Positions 1-8,659 of a DNA stretch of 64,000 nt are shown here, in pieces; the stretch's first letter is position 1, and each line of letters begins with the position of its first letter. The stretch lies in the sequence record MK524178.1; one strand, given 5' to 3'. Source of the stretch: Escherichia phage PHB12. The notes beneath the pieces were generated by a model that had not been told where the DNA came from, did no database searches, and saw only the letters and a list, made by a program, of their open reading frames with translations. A program made the translations under genes and the position numbers.

Positions 1-576
1 ACCTGGCTGGATTTTCATATTAGCCATATTGATTACGAAGTTAAAGTTGTTAGAACCATCATAATCGGTAAGAGTCAAAGAATACTTAGGACGAGTTAGT
101 CCGGAATCTTCAACTTTATTATAGCCATTGATAACAATTTTACCATCTTTATTTGTAATAGCAATTGTATCAATCTGAAGACCACGTGAAACTCGAAGCA
201 ATTGTTGAAGGTCTTCAGCTTTAATTTCAGTAATCACAGAAGCCACTGGGAATTGAATTGGCTTATTAGGAAAAACAATGGTGCTCTTGTCAGCGGCAGG
301 CCAATAAACCGTGGAACGTGTATCTGCAATTTTAATATTGCCATCGGTGTGCATTGAAATTTCAGCATCATCAGACACTAGACTCAAAATGCTTAAGAAG
401 CTATTCAAATCATAAAGTGCTACGTCAAAATCAATTTCATCAGAGATATTTGCTTCCGCATAAGTGGTGCCGTTAACTGCACGAGTCATAATAAATTTAC
501 CTTGACTCAGCAGAATGCCGGAGTTAATAGAGGCAAAGTTTTTCAGAATAGCGATAGTATCTTTAGACAGTTTCAT
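1..576 (-). CDS. 45: DNA polymerase sliding clamp gp45 (partial; C-terminal end lies beyond window edge)
   Basis: Minus-strand reading frame open to position 1 with ATG at 574-576; N-terminus MKLSKDTIAILKNF...TRAVNGTTYAEANISD matches T4 gp45 as recalled; position next to rpbA and gene 46. Confidence 0.85.
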   Translation of the reverse strand, partial: MKLSKDTIAILKNFASINSGILLSQGKFIMTRAVNGTTYAEANISDEIDFDVALYDLNSFLSILSLVSDDAEISMHTDGNIKIADTRSTVYWPAADKSTIVFPNKPIQFPVASVITEIKAEDLQQLLRVSRGLQIDTIAITNKDGKIVINGYNKVEDSGLTRPKYSLTLTDYDGSNNFNFVINMANMKIQPG

Positions 577-618
577 TTTATTTCCTTTCAAGACAATTCA
601 AAGTTTATAACAAATTTA

Positions 619-1035
619 TTATGCAGCAACCATCTGCTTTTTAATAGCTTCAGGCAGTGATTCAATATATTCTGGAATTTTGGAAGCAACAATTTCGCCA
701 GCTGCAATTAGTTGTTCGTCGGCATCAACACAATAGAAATCTTCCAGACGCTCAGAACCGTCTTTATCAAGAACGATTTTTCCGCCGGCTTCAATAGAAT
801 CTTTATAGTGCTTACGCATCAGATGAATCCACATATCAGATACATCGTTATCAATAAAACCATAAATCATAAAACGAGTTTCTTGTGGCAAAGATTGGAG
901 TTTTTTAGCACTTGCGTCATCACAATGCAGGACCCATGCTTTACGAACACGATTATGGTTATGTGGGTTAGCGTCAGTACGGATAGAAGTAACTTTCAGA
1001 TCAGCAGCAGTGAAACCTTTAGCAGTAGTAAACAT
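619..1035 (-). CDS. rpbA: RNA polymerase-binding protein RpbA-like
   Basis: 138 aa ORF between genes 45 and 46, the T4 position of rpbA; size close to T4 RpbA. Call is positional plus size. Confidence 0.5.
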   Translation of the reverse strand: MFTTAKGFTAADLKVTSIRTDANPHNHNRVRKAWVLHCDDASAKKLQSLPQETRFMIYGFIDNDVSDMWIHLMRKHYKDSIEAGGKIVLDKDGSERLEDFYCVDADEQLIAAGEIVASKIPEYIESLPEAIKKQMVAA

Positions 1036-1047
1036 ATTATTTCTCTC

Positions 1048-1248
1048 TTATTCGTAGAAGTCGGTAACTGTCCATGCGGAATTGCGATTAGACATTATTT
1101 TATTATACTCATCTTTAAAAGCAGATTTGAGCATTTGTTCAGTAACAATATGTTCTTCACCTGAAAACGTATTGGTCAAAACATATTTTTTAATTTCAGG
1201 GACAACGAGAAGATGTTGGCCAGTTGAATACTCCATGTTGTTCTCCAT
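1048..1248 (-). CDS. hypothetical protein (T4 45.2 position)
   Basis: 66 aa ORF between rpbA and gene 46; no recognisable motif. Confidence 0.4.
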   Translation of the reverse strand: MENNMEYSTGQHLLVVPEIKKYVLTNTFSGEEHIVTEQMLKSAFKDEYNKIMSNRNSAWTVTDFYE

Positions 1249-1290
1249 TTAATTTGATGTGGTCATTATAACCACATCGTGTTAAAGCGT

Positions 1291-2979
1291 TTATGAAACA
1301 GTCATTACAGTAAATCGTCCAACTTTGCTCATTTGAAGATGTTGTCCATAAGCTTGTGGGTCATGGTCTCTGTGACTAATTATAAACACGTTTGCATCGG
1401 TTAGAGAGTTAAGAATTGTTGAAATAGCTTTAATACCTTCAGAATCAGTCGCGGAATCCATGACTTCGTCCATAATTAATGTATTGATTCTAACACCAGA
1501 GACCTTTTCAGCAATATCTCGCCATGTAAACAACAATGCGATATCGATACGCGCTTTTTCGCCTTGACTAAATGAAGCATAACTGAACTCTTCACGGCCA
1601 CGTGATTTTATAGATTCATTGAATTCTTCGTCAATAGAAAACACGTAATCAGCTTCCATGATTTTAAGATAATGGTTAATCTGCTTGTTGAACAGAGGCA
1701 CATATTTTTTAATGATAGCACCTTTAATACCAGAATCTTTTAACATATCTGTGATAATACCACGATGGTATTTTTCAAGAACGATATCTGATTTTGTTTT
1801 AATGATTTTATCAAGTTCTTTTTGAAGCAAAGCTATCTCATCGGCATGGTCGATAAATTCAGCTGAGGCTTGTTCTATTGCAGCTTTAACTTTCTTAGCT
1901 TTATCAATAGTGGCAATCATTGCTTGTTTCTTGGTACGAATATCAGATGCAAGGTCCTGTTTAGTCTTAACATTAGCTCTATATTCGTCCACTAGGACAC
2001 TCAGATTATCTCTGTGACATGTAAGTTGCTCGAATGAGTGATTACATTCTTGAAGCTTATTGGTAATCTTAGAGACAATAGGATCACCCTGGTGCAACTG
2101 TGATGCACAAGTAGGACATGTACCACCGTCATGATACATCTTAATAACTTTGTTATATGAGTCGATTTTAGATTTAATCAAGAATGCTTCTTGTCCGATC
2201 TTGTTGAATGCCTCAGTAGGGTCTTCGTCAAGAACGATATTAAGTAGTCGCTCATTAGCTTCTTCGATTTCTGCTTTTAATGAACGAGCTTCTTTGGCTA
2301 GGTCGTCATACATATTCTGTAGACGCGCTACATTATCACCAGATAATTTCTTTTGACGTTCGATATTCTCGTTATAAATCTTAATTTGTTGGATAATACC
2401 ATCTTTCTTGGCATCGAGAACTTGTCCTTGGGAATTAAGTTCTCGAACTTGAGACTTATTGATTTTATCCATTTCAGCGAGTGTGCCGACTTCTAAAAGG
2501 TCTTCGACAAGTTTTCTACGAGCAGGGGTGCTAAGAGCCATGAAAGGGGTATACCCTGCCGTCCCAAGCACAACGATTTGTTTAAAAGACGAGTATGACA
2601 TTCCGATGCTACGTTCAAATTCTTCTTGGAAGTCCCGACTGCTGGCAGATTCATCAAGACGAACACCGTCAACGGAGATTTCGAAAATATTGGGCTTTTG
2701 GCCACGTTTAATGAAGTATTTTTTATCATCGAATTCCATCCAAAGCTCAACTAAGAGCTCTTTCTTGTTCGTGCTATTAATGATTTGTCCTTTCTTAACA
2801 TCACGAAATGGTTTACCGAAAAGTCCGAAAGTAATGGCTTCTAACATCGTAGATTTACCACCGCCATTTTTACCAGTGATTAATGTCTTTTGGACTTTAT
2901 CTAATTGGATATCAATAGGATTCCCACCTACTGACATGATGTTTTGATAACGAACACGATTTAATTTAAATGATTTCAT
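1291..2979 (-). CDS. 46: recombination endonuclease subunit gp46 (Rad50/SbcC-like ATPase)
   Basis: 562 aa; N-terminal Walker A GKNGGGKST, long central coiled coil with CxxC hook (CPTC), C-terminal ATPase signature region; same size and position as T4 gp46. Confidence 0.9.
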   Translation of the reverse strand: MKSFKLNRVRYQNIMSVGGNPIDIQLDKVQKTLITGKNGGGKSTMLEAITFGLFGKPFRDVKKGQIINSTNKKELLVELWMEFDDKKYFIKRGQKPNIFEISVDGVRLDESASSRDFQEEFERSIGMSYSSFKQIVVLGTAGYTPFMALSTPARRKLVEDLLEVGTLAEMDKINKSQVRELNSQGQVLDAKKDGIIQQIKIYNENIERQKKLSGDNVARLQNMYDDLAKEARSLKAEIEEANERLLNIVLDEDPTEAFNKIGQEAFLIKSKIDSYNKVIKMYHDGGTCPTCASQLHQGDPIVSKITNKLQECNHSFEQLTCHRDNLSVLVDEYRANVKTKQDLASDIRTKKQAMIATIDKAKKVKAAIEQASAEFIDHADEIALLQKELDKIIKTKSDIVLEKYHRGIITDMLKDSGIKGAIIKKYVPLFNKQINHYLKIMEADYVFSIDEEFNESIKSRGREEFSYASFSQGEKARIDIALLFTWRDIAEKVSGVRINTLIMDEVMDSATDSEGIKAISTILNSLTDANVFIISHRDHDPQAYGQHLQMSKVGRFTVMTVS

Positions 2980-3230
2980 ATGTATTCTCTTCGAATGAAG
3001 TCCTCTACATATTTTAACATGTCATCTCTATCAGCAAAATATTCATCTAGTTCTGCATACATAACAACACCTGGTGCGTACTCACAGGTAACATACATTG
3101 TTCCAAAGAAACGAGGAGTTGATTCCTCGCAATTCTCAGTCCATTCAACGATACCAATATAACCGTCACCAATACTAAATTCATGACGATGGATTTCATA
3201 ATCAGTCTTCGTCATTATACGCATCCTCAA
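2976..3230 (-). CDS. hypothetical protein (T4 46.1 position)
   Basis: 84 aa ORF between genes 46 and 47; overlaps neighbours by a few codons. Confidence 0.4.
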   Translation of the reverse strand: MRMRIMTKTDYEIHRHEFSIGDGYIGIVEWTENCEESTPRFFGTMYVTCEYAPGVVMYAELDEYFADRDDMLKYVEDFIRREYI

Positions 3231-3459
3231 TACACGCTTCAGCCATTTTAAGAATAGAGCCAGGAGTATCGTTGTCCATTATATTAAAGCTAAATTCAAT
3301 AGCCCAGTCGGTACAAACATGAACAGCTTTAACTTCATTGCCTTCAACACGTAATGGTTCAATCCAATACGTGATAGTGTTCTCGAATCCATCATCATCT
3401 TTAACGTCCATTTCAACTTCAAGCCCGAGCCCAGCATTGTTAAATTCATCTAAAGTCAT
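3202..3459 (-). CDS. hypothetical protein (T4 46.2 position)
   Basis: 85 aa acidic ORF between genes 46 and 47. Confidence 0.4.
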   Translation of the reverse strand: MTLDEFNNAGLGLEVEMDVKDDDGFENTITYWIEPLRVEGNEVKAVHVCTDWAIEFSFNIMDNDTPGSILKMAEACIEDAYNDED

Positions 3460-4475
3460 TGTGTTGCCTCAATATAAAGTTCGTTGGAATATTTGACCAG
3501 TGCTTCTCTGTCTTCGTCTGAGATATCTGGAATCGCGTCAATATATTCTTTAATGATATCTTGAAGTGATTTAATCTCGATTTCCTGGTCGTCATCAGAT
3601 TCAACACTGTTATCAACTTTAGAAACCATACGAAGAGAGTGAACTACTTTTTCAAGTTCAGATTCAAACTTAGTCAACTCTGAATCAATTTCTGATACTA
3701 TAACACGTAAGGCTAGATTAGTATAATCAGAATAATTGATTTTGCCTTTAAACGGATAAGTGATTCGTCGATGCCATGTTGTTTCATTAGGAATAAATTC
3801 CATACGTTCAACATCAGTGTCAAATACCCAGAATCCGCGCGGGTCGTTCTCATCACCCGCAGTAAGGGTCCATGGTGTCCCAATATATTTGACGTTAGCA
3901 GCTTCAGAGATTGTGTGGAAGTGGCCGGACCAGACTTGTTTATAGGTCTTTAAGAAATCAGGTTCAAGCCCATGAGACTTCATTCCTTTATAGAAATAAA
4001 AGCCGTTCAGTTCCCAGTGCCCAACACAATACGCTGCAGAAGAAGTCTTGATGTGCTCTAAGATTTCACCTGTATTTTCTTCACACATCCATGGAACGAT
4101 ATCAATCAGACATCCGTCAAAATCTACAGTAGTTGGATGTTCGTAAATAGTAAAGTTTTCAAATTGAGTTAACAATTCAGAAACAGTGTTAGGTGTTATT
4201 GTATTCTTAAACGCCATGTCATGGTTTCCTATCGTGACATGAACGTGAATGCCTGCTTTAGAAATCATATCAACGATTTCACGATTGAATTCCATTGTAC
4301 GATGTGTAATTGCTTTACGGACGTCAAACCAATCACCATACTGAATCCAAGTTTTAATCCCGTGTTTCTTAGAGTATTCAATTGCTTGACGAATACCATC
4401 ACGTTGAATATCTTGGACCCATGGGTCGTCTTGTTTGACTCCGATATGGAAGTCGCCTAAGTGCAAAATTTTCAT
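3456..4475 (-). CDS. 47: recombination endonuclease subunit gp47 (Mre11/SbcD-like)
   Basis: 339 aa; calcineurin-like phosphoesterase motifs (GDFH, GDWFD, GNHD, GHWE, GHFH); same length as T4 gp47; 4-nt overlap with upstream ORF. Confidence 0.9.
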   Translation of the reverse strand: MKILHLGDFHIGVKQDDPWVQDIQRDGIRQAIEYSKKHGIKTWIQYGDWFDVRKAITHRTMEFNREIVDMISKAGIHVHVTIGNHDMAFKNTITPNTVSELLTQFENFTIYEHPTTVDFDGCLIDIVPWMCEENTGEILEHIKTSSAAYCVGHWELNGFYFYKGMKSHGLEPDFLKTYKQVWSGHFHTISEAANVKYIGTPWTLTAGDENDPRGFWVFDTDVERMEFIPNETTWHRRITYPFKGKINYSDYTNLALRVIVSEIDSELTKFESELEKVVHSLRMVSKVDNSVESDDDQEIEIKSLQDIIKEYIDAIPDISDEDREALVKYSNELYIEATQ

Positions 4476-4520
4476 ATTATTTCCTCATTAGTTAATTCAT
4501 TCTATCATCCGTTTATAAAG

Positions 4521-4546
4521 CAAAAAAGGAACTCCGAAGAGTTCCT
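4521..4546 (-). terminator. rho-independent terminator candidate (stem AGGAACTC/GAGTTCCT, UUCG loop, U-run on minus strand)
   Basis: Perfect 8-bp inverted repeat 4527-4546 preceded on plus strand by AAAAAA (4521-4526), giving hairpin plus U6 on the minus-strand transcript. Confidence 0.6.
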
Positions 4547-4718
4547 ATCCACATAGTACACCGTACAGAGGCTCATTTGAACTTTTAAATCGAATGGGCT
4601 TGTACGTAATAGTTCCTTCGGCTTTAGCTTTATCATAAGACTCTTTAAAACGTCTCATTCTTTCTGCTTTGCCTTTACGGATTTTATCGAAATTTTCAGA
4701 AGTCGGGATGTTCGTCAT
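4545..4718 (-). CDS. small hypothetical protein (57 aa, basic)
   Basis: ATG at 4716-4718 preceded by GAGAGG; ORF MTNIPTSENFDKIRKGKAERMRRFKESYDKAKAEG...; below the ORF-track size cutoff; ends inside the terminator hairpin. Confidence 0.3.
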   Translation of the reverse strand: MTNIPTSENFDKIRKGKAERMRRFKESYDKAKAEGTITYKPIRFKSSNEPLYGVLCG

Positions 4719-4757
4719 GCATAAGCACCTCTCAGAAAATGCCTAAATCGATTTCTC

Positions 4758-4979
4758 TCATCGTTTCCACCATTTCTTAACTTGAAATGAATCAACCCAC
4801 ACGAGTTGTTTTGGGTCTGCCTTTACAATAGGCGGACAAATTTCTGTAATAGAACCGTCGTGATATTCCTTTTCGGAAATTTTAACACAAAGAGGACCAC
4901 CCAATTTAACGGTGAACCCTGCGTTCAGCTTCAGACGTTTAAACTTTGTTTGAACTAGCGCCATTAATGATGTCCTCAA
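4758..4979 (-). CDS. hypothetical protein
   Basis: 73 aa ORF in the 47-55 interval (where T4 carries alpha-gt and small ORFs). Confidence 0.35.
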   Translation of the reverse strand: MRTSLMALVQTKFKRLKLNAGFTVKLGGPLCVKISEKEYHDGSITEICPPIVKADPKQLVWVDSFQVKKWWKR

Positions 4980-5262
4980 TAGCCTGACGAGTAGTAACCC
5001 ACTGGATTTTAATTAACTTGTCATTATACGGTTGTCGTAGAATACCCCGAGATTTCTTAATAGCATATTCGTAAGCTTCGAAGTTGTTTTGAATTGCTGC
5101 TTCTTGAGCATGTGCATAAAGACGGTTTAGTTCAAAACGATTCTTTTTAAGAATCTTTTCGGATTTTTTACGTGCTTCAGCTTCATTTTTCTTTTGGATT
5201 TCTTGTAGCATTTTAGCTACTGCATCTTCTGCTTCTTTATTTTCAATAATCTCGGTAGTCAT
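4939..5262 (-). CDS. hypothetical protein (charged, helical)
   Basis: 107 aa ORF; lysine/glutamate-rich. Confidence 0.4.
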   Translation of the reverse strand: MTTEIIENKEAEDAVAKMLQEIQKKNEAEARKKSEKILKKNRFELNRLYAHAQEAAIQNNFEAYEYAIKKSRGILRQPYNDKLIKIQWVTTRQAIEDIINGASSNKV

Positions 5263-5263
5263 A

Positions 5264-5473
5264 TTATCTCATTAAATTAAAATAAAAACGTCCGTCCTCT
5301 TCAATGCAGAACTCGTACTCAACCGGAGTCCCATTTATCGAAAATGACACGTCGTGTGGGTTCAAAGGATCGATGTCAAAATTAATTTTAAATTCTCGAC
5401 CCAACAGTTTTACCAAATAAGGGATTGCTTCGTCAAAAGGTTCTTCTAAGTAGTTAGAGATATCAATTGTCAT
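5264..5473 (-). CDS. hypothetical protein
   Basis: ORF track gives 5264..5557; trimmed to an internal Met ([11 protein letters not shown]...) because the N-terminal part overlaps the gp55 coding end in another frame. Confidence 0.35.
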   Translation of the reverse strand: MTIDISNYLEEPFDEAIPYLVKLLGREFKINFDIDPLNPHDVSFSINGTPVEYEFCIEEDGRFYFNLMR

Positions 5474-6020
5474 CCTCATATAAAAAATCCAAACTAGGCG
5501 AATCGCTAACAACTTCCTTCTTTTCAGCCCCAGGAGCTTTATAAGCGGATTCTTCATAATGCGTCATTTTATCGTAGATGTCTTGAATAAACGTTTCATC
5601 TACCAACGCTACCATATCATCGTCATGACTGTCGTAGACATTATGAACGAAGTAACTATATTTCTTTGCAACTTCCTTACGTTCTTTTTTGATACGTTGG
5701 ACAAAAGCATTAAAACAAGCTCGAGTTATGTATGCATGTGGGTTATTGTACTTAGTTTCGTCGAAATTATGAAGTCCCTTAATAGAGGCTTCAATCCCAT
5801 CTGCGATCATCTCCTGCTTCCAAGACTGGGTGTATCCTGAAAAGTTGAAACGTTTGGACAGGCCTTCGGCGATAAGCATAATTGCTAAACCGATGGTATC
5901 ATTCTGACGAATAATTTTGTTTGGGTCTTTATTATTTAAGAGCTCCTTTTTCCACTCGATTATAGCGGCGAGAAGCTCTTTATTATTCACATAGTTATTT
6001 TTAGGTTTTTGTTCAGTCAT
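5463..6020 (-). CDS. 55: late-transcription sigma factor gp55
   Basis: 185 aa; near-identical along its length to T4 gp55 as recalled ([17 protein letters not shown]...[31 protein letters not shown]...). Confidence 0.9.
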   Translation of the reverse strand: MTEQKPKNNYVNNKELLAAIIEWKKELLNNKDPNKIIRQNDTIGLAIMLIAEGLSKRFNFSGYTQSWKQEMIADGIEASIKGLHNFDETKYNNPHAYITRACFNAFVQRIKKERKEVAKKYSYFVHNVYDSHDDDMVALVDETFIQDIYDKMTHYEESAYKAPGAEKKEVVSDSPSLDFLYEDDN

Positions 6021-6041
6021 AAGTACCTCTTAGCTCAATTC

Positions 6042-6076
6042 ATAGGTCTATTATATCATAATATTTAGAGACCTAT
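6042..6076 (-). promoter_or_regulatory. stem-loop with TATAAT in loop upstream of gene 55 (promoter-associated hairpin)
   Basis: Inverted repeat ATAGGTCT(6042-6049)/AGACCTAT(6069-6076); minus-strand loop carries TATAAT; TGCTTT (MotA-box-like) just upstream on minus strand. Confidence 0.4.
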
Positions 6077-6175
6077 CTTAAAGCACGAGATACTATCAAA
6101 GATACATAACTTTCATAAAGTTGTTGACTTAAAATTCACCAAACTTTTCTTCAGTTATACTGATTCGAGTTAATT

Positions 6176-6403
6176 TCATTCTAGTTCCTTTGCTGCTTCA
6201 AGAGCAGCATCCAGCGAATCAAATTGGTCAACGAAATCAATATTCAACGCATCGTCAACCGTAGCATATAACCACCATTGTTTGAATTCATATTCTAGGA
6301 TAAATCCAGGCCCTTCAATCTGAGGAAGACCTAGGCTATTTGTACCAACTTCGTAACCAGCTAGACGCAGGTCATTAATCAAAGTTTCTGTTAATACGCT
6401 CAT
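6176..6403 (-). CDS. hypothetical protein
   Basis: 75 aa acidic ORF; 4-nt overlap with the upstream ORF. Confidence 0.4.
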   Translation of the reverse strand: MSVLTETLINDLRLAGYEVGTNSLGLPQIEGPGFILEYEFKQWWLYATVDDALNIDFVDQFDSLDAALEAAKELE

Positions 6404-6762
6404 TTTACCGCCTTAACAATTTTCAGGTCAACGAATTTTTTCTTACGTTGATTTTTCATACGACGGATAGTCTTTTCAGAGATTTCATGTTTCTGATAAG
6501 CTTTAGATTCAACACCAAATGCAGCAACGTCAAATTCAGAAAGAATATATTGTACTAGAATTTCGCGAATAGAATTACGTCCAATTTTCTGGCCATGTTT
6601 TTGCATGATTTCATAAAGACGGAATTCCCACGCGTCAAGAACTTGAGGAGTAACAATATTGCCGGATTCCAGAAGAGCAACAACTTTATCGAAAGCGAAA
6701 GAATTAACTACGTTTTTGATTTTAGTAGACATATTATTTTCCTCGGTTATTTTATTATCCAA
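6400..6762 (-). CDS. hypothetical protein
   Basis: 120 aa ORF with basic C-terminal tail (RRMKNQRKKKF). Confidence 0.45.
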   Translation of the reverse strand: MDNKITEENNMSTKIKNVVNSFAFDKVVALLESGNIVTPQVLDAWEFRLYEIMQKHGQKIGRNSIREILVQYILSEFDVAAFGVESKAYQKHEISEKTIRRMKNQRKKKFVDLKIVKAVK

Positions 6763-6764
6763 CT

Positions 6765-6800
6765 AGAGAATTATACTCATCTCTCAAGAGTTGTATATTA
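6765..6800 (-). promoter_or_regulatory. early-type promoter with embedded hairpin (CTCTTGAGAG...GAGTATAAT cassette)
   Basis: Minus strand reads ACAACTCTTGAGAGATGAGTATAATTCTCTAGTTGG; closely related copy at 37090-37118. Confidence 0.5.
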
Positions 6801-7037
6801 TTTTTTAAGCATGAAAAGTAAGTAATTTGTATCACGTGGAGTGATATCAACACCCATATCAAAGATGCCTTTATAGATTGGGTATTTGTTTTCGGTTGTA
6901 TCGAAGCTGAAACTATTTCCATCACAACTAACAGTAATAGCATCTGTTAAAATGTCATACTCAATCCTAACAATTGAATCCCCAATTTTAACGTCGAGGT
7001 GTTTTTTGAATTTGATAAAATCTAATTCTTGGGCCAT
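6798..7037 (-). CDS. hypothetical protein
   Basis: 79 aa ORF. Confidence 0.4.
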   Translation of the reverse strand: MAQELDFIKFKKHLDVKIGDSIVRIEYDILTDAITVSCDGNSFSFDTTENKYPIYKGIFDMGVDITPRDTNYLLFMLKK

Positions 7038-7100
7038 GATATTTTCCTCATTTTAAGACGATAGGAAGATAATAACATGTCTTCCTATCGTTGTACATTA

Positions 7101-7301
7101 TTAACCGAACTTTTTAGCGCCTTTCCAGCCTTCGTACATAACTGCACAAGTCAGTAGTACAGCGTGCTGGAATTCTTTGTATTTGTAAATCCAGAACCAA
7201 CGTAAGAAGTCTTCATCCTCAACGCCGTTGAGTTTCATATTGGCAAAGAATTCTGCACGTTCTTCACGAAGTTGCCATGACACAATATTTTCAGGATTCA
7301 T
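7101..7301 (-). CDS. hypothetical protein
   Basis: 66 aa ORF, Trp-rich. Confidence 0.4.
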   Translation of the reverse strand: MNPENIVSWQLREERAEFFANMKLNGVEDEDFLRWFWIYKYKEFQHAVLLTCAVMYEGWKGAKKFG

Positions 7302-7433
7302 TTAAATTTTCCAGTTACCGTTTTCATCAATAAATTTAATCCAGTCATTTACTGACCACTTAGTTGTATCGCCTTTTGGAGCAGAATTTAAAGTGTAGAA
7401 CCCTTGCTTAAAAAGCCAGCGTTTGATATTCAT
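7302..7433 (-). CDS. small hypothetical protein
   Basis: ORF track 7302..7526 trimmed to internal Met (MNIKRWLFKQGF...) to avoid overlap with the 7441..7761 ORF. Confidence 0.25.
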   Translation of the reverse strand: MNIKRWLFKQGFYTLNSAPKGDTTKWSVNDWIKFIDENGNWKI

Positions 7434-7440
7434 AATTTCC

Positions 7441-7761
7441 TCAACTGTAACGATAACATTCGTTAGCTTTACGTTTGGCTTCAGTATGAGAAGTATTATA
7501 ATCATAATCTTCTTTACTGTAAACATCTTTTTTCAACTTACGAACTTCTTTGCGGAGTTGTCGATTCATTTCGTTCTTGACTTCAGAATCAACACCTTTC
7601 ATACGTTTCCATTTATCTGAGCGGAAGATGTTTTCAACCATGTCTTTGTGGCTAACACCGTCAGGAGCTTTACGCTTACCAAAATAGTCGTAATCGCGAA
7701 CTTTCAAATCTTTACGACGATATGTTTTACCCATAAGTACCTCAGAGGTTGATTGATACAA
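7441..7761 (-). CDS. hypothetical basic protein (possible nucleic-acid binding)
   Basis: 106 aa, very rich in Lys/Arg with acidic patches. Confidence 0.4.
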   Translation of the reverse strand: MYQSTSEVLMGKTYRRKDLKVRDYDYFGKRKAPDGVSHKDMVENIFRSDKWKRMKGVDSEVKNEMNRQLRKEVRKLKKDVYSKEDYDYNTSHTEAKRKANECYRYS

Positions 7762-7990
7762 TGCGTTTGATAAAATTCACTTCACTTACTGAAAGGTCTT
7801 TAAGACCGATTGATTCTAAACGCTGAGTAAGCGTCAACATTGGGATATAGTCCCAATGAGTTTTATTTGCTTGATAAGTACGAACGCCATTAGCAATTTC
7901 AACATGCAAATCGGAAATGGTAATGAATACCGGATGCTCGTCATTAACTTTAAGGGTTAGAACAACCTTCTTTGAATCTAAACTAATCAT
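7742..7990 (-). CDS. hypothetical protein
   Basis: 82 aa ORF. Confidence 0.4.
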   Translation of the reverse strand: MISLDSKKVVLTLKVNDEHPVFITISDLHVEIANGVRTYQANKTHWDYIPMLTLTQRLESIGLKDLSVSEVNFIKRIVSINL

Positions 7991-8169
7991 GGCTTAATTT
8001 CCTTCGCAATTGAACAGAAGATACTACGGTCACAAAGCATTTCACCAATTTCTGGATATTTGATTGAACGGTACCAAACATCCAGGCTTGAAACTCCGGT
8101 TATCTGTACTGCGTTACCGTTGACAGAATAGTACTGGTCAACCTTAATTTCTTTATCTTCAATTGTCAT
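7987..8169 (-). CDS. hypothetical protein
   Basis: ORF track 7987..8331 trimmed to internal ATG (MTIEDKEIKV...) preceded by GAGGAA; upstream part is low-complexity and overlaps a promoter/terminator region. Confidence 0.35.
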   Translation of the reverse strand: MTIEDKEIKVDQYYSVNGNAVQITGVSSLDVWYRSIKYPEIGEMLCDRSIFCSIAKEIKP

Positions 8170-8201
8170 TTTGTTTTCCTCTATAGCAGTTGGTTTAATC
8201 T

Positions 8202-8226
8202 TAACACATCTATCGAGGATGTAAAC
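8202..8226 (-). promoter_or_regulatory. early-type promoter candidate (GTTTAC -35, weak -10)
   Basis: Minus strand GTTTAC (rc of 8221-8226) with 17-nt spacer to TAAGAT; upstream of the 7987..8169 ORF. Confidence 0.3.
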
Positions 8227-8318
8227 TGTTTTATGAAAAATATTTTTGATTTGAGAGGGGCACAAGGAGATAGTGAAGTGAAGATTCCAATGGATTATAT
8301 TAGAAATGAGATAAAGAA

Positions 8319-8337
8319 GACCAGGCGGCACCTGGTC
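8319..8337 (-). terminator. hairpin terminator candidate after the nrdH-like gene
   Basis: Inverted repeat GACCAGG/CCTGGTC with 5-nt loop, followed on the minus strand by a T-rich run. Confidence 0.45.
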
Positions 8338-8659
8338 AATCTTCTATGATATCAGAGTCGTATCCTAATGAAATCAAGGACTTTTTAAACTCTGCAATAT
8401 TCTTTTGTTTCTTATCATTTAAAAATATGACAGGATAACGAATATTAAGTGAAGTGAATCCTGCACGTTTAGCAAGAGATACAATTAAAGGACGGTCGTA
8501 TTCAATCTTACCATTATTAGTGAGGACTTTATAAAATGTATAAGGAGCATTGAGCTCCTTTAAAAGTTTTGTAACAGTATAACATCCCGGACAACGTCCT
8601 ACTTCTTCAGGGATGCCATAGATTTCAATCTTGTTCTTTAAGTTCGAGTTTTGTTCCAC
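8336..8659 (-). CDS. nrdH: glutaredoxin-like protein (NrdH-like), probable GTG start
   Basis: CPGC redox motif in ...KIEIYGIPEEVGRCPGCYTVTKLL...; sits next to nrdG/nrdD as in T4; N-terminal 44 residues of the track ORF look like out-of-frame sequence of the overlapping 8625..8942 ORF, so start set at GTG 8657-8659 (AAGGA upstream). Confidence 0.55.
   Translation of the reverse strand: MEQNSNLKNKIEIYGIPEEVGRCPGCYTVTKLLKELNAPYTFYKVLTNNGKIEYDRPLIVSLAKRAGFTSLNIRYPVIFLNDKKQKNIAEFKKSLISLGYDSDIIED

Noticed and set aside
712-1164. Plus-strand ORFs in the early region (for example 712-1164, 2459-2947, 36404-36922, 36789-37085)
   Set aside because: All are antisense to well-supported minus-strand genes, have low-complexity Ser/Phe/Leu-rich translations, and lack promoter or RBS context.
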